A DNA stretch of 64,000 bases from a virus. Its lineage: Duplodnaviria > Caudoviricetes. A program made the position numbers and the translations under genes. Positions 54,826-62,189 of this stretch are shown piece by piece. The first letter of the stretch is position 1; every line of letters starts with the position of its first letter. The DNA is taken from IMG/VR virus record IMGVR_UViG_3300033121_000983, positions 32,001 to 96,000 of that record; one strand, written 5' to 3'. Below the pieces are notes generated by a model. The model saw only the letters and a list, made by a program, of their open reading frames with translations. It was not told the DNA's origin and made no database searches.

Positions 54826-56055
54826 CTAGGTGGCGTCGAGTGTCAGGGCGGTTCGGTTGCCGTGCACGTCGCAGGTTGCGGTGATGCGCGTCTTGCTGTC
54901 GTCGGCAGCGCGTAGGGTCAGCGTTTCCGAAGTCTCGGAACCTGTAGCACCTGCCAGTTTACCAGCTAGTGCGGCCAGCAGCAGCCGCAAAGTCTGCTCG
55001 ACCGTGTAGCCGTCGACATCGCCGGCTGCCAGCAGCGCATCGGGAATTGCGGCGACGTTGGCCGACGTAGCGACGCCGGCGGACAAGTTATCGAGGTAAC
55101 CCGCGCGCAGCGCGGTCAGCCGGCTAAGCAGAGCCGTTGTATCGGCCAGGATCTGTGCGACTTCCGTGTCGACGTAGTTGCCGATGGCCGCGAGCGTAGA
55201 CTGCGTGGCCAGCCCGAGCTGGATCTCCGCCACCGCGTCAGTCGCAAGCGCTGCGGCCGTTAGCGTATTGCTCGCCATGGCGCCGACGCTCGCGTCCATT
55301 CGCCCGCTGACCAACGCGGCAGGGATGCGCGCTTGTATGTCCTGAGTGTCCGTTTCAACCGCCGCCACGTTACCGACCGAGGCAACGTTACCGGTGATGT
55401 TGAGTTTATCGAGATAGCCAGTACGCGTTGTTGTGACCCCCGCGTCCACCAGCGCCGCGTCGACTTCTGCGTTAACCGCAGCGGCGCTTAGGTCGTTAAG
55501 CGCGCCAATCGCCGCTAATGTTGCGTCGTCGGCGCTAGCAAGCGCAGTCGCCAGCTCCGAATTAGTCGGGAGATCGTCCACGCTGGTTTGCGAGGCGCGC
55601 GCGTCGAGAATCAGATCAAGGCGGCCGCCGTTGGCCCAGTCGGTCTGCAGTTCGTTAGTATCGCTCTCGATTGCTGTGGCCTGCGCGACCGTTGCCGGCG
55701 CGTAGTCAGGCTGGGACGCTACGAGCCTAGCGGGCACTGCCGCCACAGTGAACGAACCCAGGCATTTGGTCGGCGTGATGGTACCGTCGACAGTGACGGT
55801 CGCGAAAACGAGGTAAGTTGCATCGGCGGCGAATGTCGGCGACGTCACCTGAAAATAGACTTCGTAGCACCCACTGACGTAGCCAGAATCCGACAGCCGC
55901 GTAGCTGAACCGCTCAGCACCGGAGCCGCGCTACTGACAGCCCCACATAGGCGCACGTCGTACATGGCGCCTGTGCCATCATCGGCCGACCCGTCTGAGG
56001 CGTTGACGCCAAAGCCGAATGCAACGTAATCGTCGATTTCAACGTTTTTGTGCAT
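54826..56055 (-). CDS. Ala/Thr/Asp-rich accessory virion (fibre/whisker-like) protein
   Basis: Coiled-coil-like repeats; C-terminal RITAT.D..GNRT motif. Confidence 0.55.
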   Translation of the reverse strand: MHKNVEIDDYVAFGFGVNASDGSADDGTGAMYDVRLCGAVSSAAPVLSGSATRLSDSGYVSGCYEVYFQVTSPTFAADATYLVFATVTVDGTITPTKCLGSFTVAAVPARLVASQPDYAPATVAQATAIESDTNELQTDWANGGRLDLILDARASQTSVDDLPTNSELATALASADDATLAAIGALNDLSAAAVNAEVDAALVDAGVTTTRTGYLDKLNITGNVASVGNVAAVETDTQDIQARIPAALVSGRMDASVGAMASNTLTAAALATDAVAEIQLGLATQSTLAAIGNYVDTEVAQILADTTALLSRLTALRAGYLDNLSAGVATSANVAAIPDALLAAGDVDGYTVEQTLRLLLAALAGKLAGATGSETSETLTLRAADDSKTRITATCDVHGNRTALTLDAT

Positions 56056-56844
56056 TTAGCAAATCAGACTTGTGAGAGGGTTGAGTGACACGTCAGGGCC
56101 GACGAATTGACCGCCGGAAAGGACGTGCGCATCGGGCAACCGGTTGAGCAAGCCAGTATAGCGTGTGCGGGAATCCGCAAACAGCATCGCTACTTCTGCC
56201 GCGTTCATACCGTAGTCGCGGATTTGAATATCGTCGATTTGACCCTGCATGAATAGCGAAGGACTTTGCGTGGCGCCGATGGTCAGCTTTGGTGCGACAG
56301 TGATCGCGCCTCCGGCCGTGCCTGTTGCGCGCGACGTACCGTTGACGTACATCGTCAGCGCACCGGCGATGTTCGCGCAGCAGATGTGCGCCCACGTGTT
56401 AAGTGCCAACACGTCGTTCGCCTGTACTGACGGACTACCGGACATCCAGTAGAGCCAGATGCTGAACGCAAACTGATTAAAAAGCAGACCATCTCCGGCG
56501 GCTGATGCGTACAGCGACATAGGCACATGTGAAGCACTCGCGCCGTCCGTAGGTCGGATCCACATCGAGAGCGTGCCGTTATTCCCGAGAATCAGTTTGG
56601 ATGAGGCGTTCGACGCGACACCGTAACTGGTTGTGCCGGGAGTATCCACGGACCCGAAGAGGCCGTGATTGGCGTTGTTACCAAACACAGCCCCGCCTGT
56701 CATGGCGACGTGGTGGAAATTGGCCAGGTCGTACCACGTCTTGCCTGCGTCAAGCGGCGGTAGCGTGAGCCACCAGCCCAGTAATCCACGCGAGAGCGGG
56801 GACATCGGGTTTACCGCGTTTGTCACGTCGACTAAAACTGGCAT
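56056..56844 (-). CDS. LamG / concanavalin A-like domain protein
   Basis: GLLGWW, TLSMWIRP, LNTWAHIC, MYVNG and GQIDDIQI motifs. Confidence 0.85.
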   Translation of the reverse strand: MPVLVDVTNAVNPMSPLSRGLLGWWLTLPPLDAGKTWYDLANFHHVAMTGGAVFGNNANHGLFGSVDTPGTTSYGVASNASSKLILGNNGTLSMWIRPTDGASASHVPMSLYASAAGDGLLFNQFAFSIWLYWMSGSPSVQANDVLALNTWAHICCANIAGALTMYVNGTSRATGTAGGAITVAPKLTIGATQSPSLFMQGQIDDIQIRDYGMNAAEVAMLFADSRTRYTGLLNRLPDAHVLSGGQFVGPDVSLNPLTSLIC

Positions 56845-56850
56845 CGCGCA

Positions 56851-57294
56851 CTAACCATTCTGATAAGTGTAGGGGCGAATCTTCAGCGTGTTGGCGCTGG
56901 CTGCGAGTGATTGGCCTGTGCCGTCGTTCTTGGCCAGGACCTTCAGTTTCCCCGGCGGGAGATTCGCACGGCGAATAATCCGCTGCACCGTTGTCACTGC
57001 ACGCACGGGAATGACGAGGTCTGGGCGTCGCGCCGGCGTAGTTGAGGCGTCGCCGTCTTCGTAGTTCGTACCATCCTGCGACTGCAGGAACCAGATCGCG
57101 ATGCCCGTACCGGCAGTGGGGTTGGTGCCGAACTGAACGACAAGCTCCACGTCAGCAAGTACGTACCCGTTCCCGGCAGCGCCGTAGGTGTTATCAAACC
57201 CGGCCGAAATGTTCAGAGCGTTGTTCGCGAGTGAGTTGAGTTCCGTGGTAAGGACCGAGGTCTGGGAACCTAGAACAAACGATGTTGTTCGCAT
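56851..57294 (-). CDS. Hypothetical beta-rich virion accessory protein
   Basis: 147 aa; first gene of the LamG cassette. Confidence 0.7.
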   Translation of the reverse strand: MRTTSFVLGSQTSVLTTELNSLANNALNISAGFDNTYGAAGNGYVLADVELVVQFGTNPTAGTGIAIWFLQSQDGTNYEDGDASTTPARRPDLVIPVRAVTTVQRIIRRANLPPGKLKVLAKNDGTGQSLAASANTLKIRPYTYQNG

Positions 57295-57544
57295 TATCTC
57301 TCAACTTTCCAAGAGTGTCGTTAGTACCGGCTATAGACCCATGCGTTTCGCGTCGTCCCGCACGTTGGGGTTTGAGCACTCCCCAGCTGTGATGCCCGGC
57401 GCTACACCGAGGAAGGTGAGTACCGCGAGCAGCGCAGTTTGGCGAGTTGCTCGCATAATCTGAATTCCGCTAGTCAGAACACAACAGGCGGTCGACCTCG
57501 TGTGCGAGATCGCCGCCCGTCGTGCCCCTGGGAAGAGTTCCGAA

Positions 57545-57907
57545 CTACGCGACCTCGCTGGTCCAGCAAGGATCGATCGTACTCAGCGTATCGTTGTCGA
57601 GCACCAGCTGCTTCGTCGCAGCGAGTGTGGCGTCATACAGAGCGACTGCCGGAGTGCTGACGATTTCCAGCGCGGCATCGCCGTCTGTGTTATCGCCCAT
57701 CGCCGACAGCAGCCCATCGGTCCAGTGTGCGCCGCCGCGATCGCCGTACGACCCACGCGCAACGCTGTCAGGCAGGCTGCCGAGCACGGCGAACTCTTCG
57801 TCGTCGTCGAGCTCGACACCTCGCGGCCCGAGGAAGCCGAAGTAGCGGCTTGCGCCGCTGATGTTACGCACGACCGTGAACAAGCACGACGTGTCCATAG
57901 CTGCCAT
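57545..57907 (-). CDS. Hypothetical head-cluster protein
   Basis: GAGGAG RBS; 120 aa. Confidence 0.75.
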   Translation of the reverse strand: MAAMDTSCLFTVVRNISGASRYFGFLGPRGVELDDDEEFAVLGSLPDSVARGSYGDRGGAHWTDGLLSAMGDNTDGDAALEIVSTPAVALYDATLAATKQLVLDNDTLSTIDPCWTSEVA

Positions 57908-57939
57908 GTTCTATCTCCTCTTACCGCAACGCGCGGCAG

Positions 57940-57961
57940 TTTGCTTTAACGTTTAACCGAA
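57940..57961. promoter_or_regulatory. ACGT-centred palindrome, site 7 (TTTGCTTTAACGTTTAACCGAA)
   Basis: Sits inside a longer inverted repeat ACGCGCGG...CCGCGCGT. Confidence 0.55.
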
Positions 57962-57979
57962 CTACCGCGCGTCGGCGAC

Positions 57980-58408
57980 CTACGCAGCCGCTTGCTGCGC
58001 GTCGAGAACGTGCAGCAGGACAGCGGCCTGCGCGATATTCGGGTTGGCTTGCACGAGTTCCGCGGCTTTCTGGTAGGCCAGCCGCTGATTTTGTTGCTGC
58101 TGCATGCCGGTCACGCCGTACAGCTGATCGACAGCAGTCTTGAATCGATTCGGGGCTGCAGCGGCCTGCTTCGTGGCCTGCGTGCCGTAAAGTTCTTCGT
58201 CGGGCACCTGGCTGATCATTTCGGCAGCCTGCAGCAGCGAGGCAGCTTCAGCTTCACTGTTGGCGGCGAAACCGAGCGAGGCCATCTTCTGCAGGAACGC
58301 CGGGACGAAAACCTCGCGCATCACCAGATCATTCGCCTCGGCGGCGTGTTTCTGCAGATCCGCAGGGTTCGGAGCAGCCGGCTGTGCTGTCTTCGAGGCT
58401 TGGGTCAT
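57980..58408 (-). CDS. K-x-A-rich head-internal / scaffold-like protein
   Basis: All 6 Lys are in K-x-A; directly after the major capsid gene. Confidence 0.75.
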   Translation of the reverse strand: MTQASKTAQPAAPNPADLQKHAAEANDLVMREVFVPAFLQKMASLGFAANSEAEAASLLQAAEMISQVPDEELYGTQATKQAAAAPNRFKTAVDQLYGVTGMQQQQNQRLAYQKAAELVQANPNIAQAAVLLHVLDAQQAAA

Positions 58409-58539
58409 GTCAGTTCCTTGAGTGTCAGCCGCCGGCCGGCGGCATCAGTTGTGTCGTGTGCTCTGCGCTGTCGCAGAGACCGCGGGAGATCACACGGGGC
58501 GCACAGTAACACACTGTACGCCCCGCGTAGACCCGACGA

Positions 58540-59481
58540 CTAGACGAAATCCACCGCCGCAACGGCGTTGGTGTTGGCGATCGTTCCGCCGCCTTCCCAG
58601 TACGCGAAGAATTCAAGCATGAATGCCTCACGATGGATGTGCATCGTTGTATCCTCGAGGACCAGGCTGCGGCCAAGTCCCTTGGGATCTGCGAACATGT
58701 AGCACCGGTTGGTCGGAACCAGCGAGCGCTTGATGGTGATGATCCACCGACGTCCCATGAACATCTGCATGGACCAGCCATCTTTCATGATGTCCTGGGC
58801 CATGTCGCCACCGAATTCGTTTCGGCCGAAGGCACAGATGCGCTTGATCGTGATGTTATTCACGAGGCAGGTCTGCACTTCGAAGTTCGACGAAGTCGAG
58901 GGCATGATTTCCAGCATGCGCCAGAGGCCGTTGCGGGTGATCCCGCCGCTGAGCGTCTGGTGCTGCGCGATACCGCTGAGCGGCACGACGGTGTCGGGCG
59001 CCACCATGATGGTGTCGACCGCCGAAATGAACTTGCTATCACGCTCGGCCATCATGTCTTTGATGGCATTGTCGCTGATCACCTGGCGGATATCCATGAT
59101 CCAGGTGCGCAGCTCGCTGACGTCTTTCGTGAACCGACGCGTCAGGATGCGGTTGAAGGACACCATGAAACGCGGGCCGCGGATGTAGTAGTTCATCGGC
59201 AGCATCGCGTACGGCACGGTCACCGCCGCTGGCGAGTTGGGTTCGCGGTCGATCACGACCATGGGCTTGTCGGTCCAGACGACTCGCGTGAGCTCGTCGT
59301 TGGCGATCGGAATCGACGGCAGAATCTGCTCCGCGAACGAATCTTCGCGGACAGTCTGGCGGACGAATTCCTGCACGGCCGAGGCGGCTTCTTTGTACCG
59401 CATCGGGTCGCCTGAATTCAGGCATTCGTACACCGCGCTGTTGATCAACGCGGTGTCTTGGTCTTGTAACGTCGCGGACAC
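58540..59481 (-). CDS. Major capsid protein (HK97 fold)
   Basis: GAGGAG RBS with GTG start; 313 aa with an HK97/encapsulin-like layout; lies after protease, scaffold and decoration genes. Confidence 0.82.
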   Translation of the reverse strand: MSATLQDQDTALINSAVYECLNSGDPMRYKEAASAVQEFVRQTVREDSFAEQILPSIPIANDELTRVVWTDKPMVVIDREPNSPAAVTVPYAMLPMNYYIRGPRFMVSFNRILTRRFTKDVSELRTWIMDIRQVISDNAIKDMMAERDSKFISAVDTIMVAPDTVVPLSGIAQHQTLSGGITRNGLWRMLEIMPSTSSNFEVQTCLVNNITIKRICAFGRNEFGGDMAQDIMKDGWSMQMFMGRRWIITIKRSLVPTNRCYMFADPKGLGRSLVLEDTTMHIHREAFMLEFFAYWEGGGTIANTNAVAAVDFV

Positions 59482-59555
59482 TGTTTATCTCCTCTGACCT
59501 GCCGCGGGGCAGGTGCTGATGGTTGTGTGAACGGCTAGCAGTTCGCGTTAGCGGA

Positions 59556-60146
59556 CTACGAAGCCAGCTTGGGGAAGAACATCGTCCACAGCGACAGGAT
59601 GCTGCGTCCGGCTGCGTTGTTGGTCACCGGATGCGAGACGATCCCGATCACCGGCTCCGCACCTGCGATCCCGCCGGTGCAGCGCGTAATGCGTCCACCG
59701 GTGGTTTGATTGGTGTCGGCGGCGGTGGCGGTGAGCGCATCGCCCGGGTCGTAGGTGTCACCCAGCGAAGCTTCCGACTGAAACTCAGTCGTTTCGACTT
59801 CGAACGTCTGCAACCCGACGAGGCAGTTCAGGCCAATGCCGGCCGTGCCGCGCGGGGCGTTGATCGAGCTGTAGATACCCGTTTCGGTTGCCGGATCGCC
59901 ACCGTCGAGGGTGATATCCGGATCGTCCGAATTCGAGAAGTTCCACATCGGCGGCCGCATCAGGTACTGCGTGCCCACCACACCGGTCTTGAGCGTTCCG
60001 TCGCTGTGCAAGTGCAAGCAGCGGCCCGCATAGACCGTAATCGTCACATCGGCGCTCAGTCGCGCCTGGTGCATCACAGCGTGCGGAGCCGGCCATGCCG
60101 ACTTGGGGTTCAAGCTGTGAGCTTCCATCTGTCGTTCAGCAACCAC
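59556..60146 (-). CDS. Capsid decoration / cement protein
   Basis: Directly before the MCP; ETTEF..., YDPGDALT and IGIVS beta-tulip-like pattern; AGGAG RBS. Confidence 0.65.
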   Translation of the reverse strand: MVAERQMEAHSLNPKSAWPAPHAVMHQARLSADVTITVYAGRCLHLHSDGTLKTGVVGTQYLMRPPMWNFSNSDDPDITLDGGDPATETGIYSSINAPRGTAGIGLNCLVGLQTFEVETTEFQSEASLGDTYDPGDALTATAADTNQTTGGRITRCTGGIAGAEPVIGIVSHPVTNNAAGRSILSLWTMFFPKLAS

Positions 60147-60205
60147 GTTTCTCTCCTATCGATGTTGTTGACGTGTCGTCAACAAGGCTGTTGTTGTAAA
60201 TCGCG

Positions 60206-60652
60206 TTACCGCACGCCGGCCAGCTTCAAGAGTGCCTCAGACCGCCGGGCGACCACCGGGTCGCTCATGTTGCGCGGAGCCCCGCAGACGAACAGACCGT
60301 CGGCCGAGCCTTCAGCCTGGGTCGAGGCCTGCTTGTCGTAAGTTCCGCTCGTCGGAACGCCGGCGCCAAGCGACGCGGGTTGAGCCGCCGCTTGTTTCTG
60401 CTGGTGAGCCACCACGTTCGCCAGGATCTGCTGCAACGACGCGGGGTCAGACAGCTGGGTCACCGCGGCGGCTTTCTGCGTCGGCGCAATCAAACCCGCT
60501 TGCACGAGTTGATCGGCCAACGCCGGCGCCTGCGCGGCCAGCTTCTGCTGCTGCTGCGCAGCCTGGCGGATGTGTTGCTGCGCTTCTGCGAGCGCTTTCC
60601 CGGTCGTCGCCACGTAATTGGCGAGCTTCTCGGGGTCGTGAACCGATGCCAT
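60206..60652 (-). CDS. K-x-A-rich scaffold-like protein
   Basis: 6 of 7 Lys in K-x-A; Q/A-rich; GAGGAG RBS. Confidence 0.75.
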   Translation of the reverse strand: MASVHDPEKLANYVATTGKALAEAQQHIRQAAQQQQKLAAQAPALADQLVQAGLIAPTQKAAAVTQLSDPASLQQILANVVAHQQKQAAAQPASLGAGVPTSGTYDKQASTQAEGSADGLFVCGAPRNMSDPVVARRSEALLKLAGVR

Positions 60653-60698
60653 GTCTATTCTCCTCGTCCGCGTGGACGCTGTTTGTGTGGAAGTACGG

Positions 60699-62018
60699 TT
60701 AACCGCGGCTCAGTTCACGCACGTACGCATTGAGCGCAGCACGCTTCGCCTGGGCCCGCTTACTTGCGGACGCCGCGCCGTACGCAGCGGCCTTGAACTG
60801 ATCGGGAGTGGCCTGCTGTTCCTGCAGCGCCTGCAGCAACATCTGCAGCACTTCAGGCGGCAGGTTCGCCAGCGGGTCTTCTCCGCCAGGTGCCCCGCCG
60901 AGTGCGGCTTCCATTCCCGGAGCGCCGCCCATACCGGGATCACCACCCATGCCGGGATCGCCGCCCATCATGGGGTCAGCGCCCATCTCGGGAGGAGGTG
61001 CGGGCATGCCTGCGCCTGGGTCCATACCCATGCCAGGATCACCGCCCATAGCGGGGTCAGCACCGCCGAGCATTTCTGCCAGCGGATCACCGCCACCGCC
61101 GCCGCCGTCGACCGGAGGAGGCGCGGAAGGTCCTGCAGCCGGAGGTGCGCTACCGCCACCACCGCCGCCGCTTTCTTCCTTCTCTTCCTTCTCCTCGCCG
61201 GACTCTTCCTTCTTCTCGTCGTCCTTCGGCGGCTCATCGCTGGCCAGTTTCCGCGTCCGCCCCGCCGCTTTCGCAGCCGCCGCGGGCTGCGCGTTAGCCC
61301 CGGCGTTCAGGTGCTGAAAAAAATCTTGCAGGTAGTACGCGGTCTTCTCCGCGCACTGCTCGGCGTAGAGGATGGTCTGGTGCAGCACATCAGCGGCAAC
61401 TGCTTCTGCCTGCTTCTGCAGATCAGTAGGGGACAGCGCGGCTTCGGCCGCGGCTGCACCTGCGGCAGCTGCCTTGGCGAGCGGAGCCTGCGCGGGCTGC
61501 GTACCAGCGGAGACGATCGATTCCGCCAGCAATTCGCGGCCGAGCGATTCCGCCTGCGCGAGATTCGCGAAGAAACCGGCGTACTTGCCGCCGTTCAGCG
61601 AATCGTTGTCCGTCCGCGCGGGGTGGGAGCTGGGTCCGTTGAAGCCACCGTCTTCCTTGGTGTCTTTCGTCGAAGACGTTTCGATTGAGGCGTCTTCACC
61701 GGTCAGCGACTGATGCGTGCCGATGTTCGGCTGCACCGAATCGAGGCTCGGAGCCGCGCTGGCACTTTCGACGCCGGCCGTTCCCTGCTCTTCCTTCACC
61801 TGCGCCGAGTTTTCCGCGTCGCGGAAACCGGTCGTCGCCGGCTGCGTACCGTCGTCGACATTCTTCGACGGATGTGTGGTGGTCTTGTTGTCGGCGTTCT
61901 CGTCGACGCCGGCATCACTGGCGAGCTTGTTACGACCAAGCGATGCCAGCATTTTCTCGACGGTGTTTCGCATCTGCGCGAGCTTCACCTGCTGCGGAGG
62001 TTGCAGAGTTGGACTCAT
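60699..62018 (-). CDS. Prohead scaffold/core-like protein with low-complexity MGGDPG repeats
   Basis: Follows the protease; 11 K-x-A motifs; acidic and Gly/Pro/Met-rich disordered tracts. Confidence 0.7.
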   Translation of the reverse strand: MSPTLQPPQQVKLAQMRNTVEKMLASLGRNKLASDAGVDENADNKTTTHPSKNVDDGTQPATTGFRDAENSAQVKEEQGTAGVESASAAPSLDSVQPNIGTHQSLTGEDASIETSSTKDTKEDGGFNGPSSHPARTDNDSLNGGKYAGFFANLAQAESLGRELLAESIVSAGTQPAQAPLAKAAAAGAAAAEAALSPTDLQKQAEAVAADVLHQTILYAEQCAEKTAYYLQDFFQHLNAGANAQPAAAAKAAGRTRKLASDEPPKDDEKKEESGEEKEEKEESGGGGGGSAPPAAGPSAPPPVDGGGGGGDPLAEMLGGADPAMGGDPGMGMDPGAGMPAPPPEMGADPMMGGDPGMGGDPGMGGAPGMEAALGGAPGGEDPLANLPPEVLQMLLQALQEQQATPDQFKAAAYGAASASKRAQAKRAALNAYVRELSRG

Positions 62019-62189
62019 GTAATTTGGATCCTCGTGTTGTTACTGCCCGCCCTGTCGTTGTTCGGGCGTGCGGAAAGTTCAATCTGCGCTCGTGTCCGTT
62101 TTGCCGCAACAACGCGCGACGCGTTGATTATTGTGCGACGTAAGTCGTCACAGGTCAATCTGGTTTGATCTGCGTCAAGTAGAAATTCG

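Noticed and set aside
58633-61688. Long + strand ORFs antisense to the head genes
   Set aside because: Typical antisense shadows of GC-rich, codon-biased genes, with no motifs or RBS.
62090-62185. Sigma-70 promoter (TTGACC-17-CACAAT on minus) and a degenerate eighth palindrome
   Set aside because: The -10 lacks its first T and the palindrome core is too degenerate to support either call.
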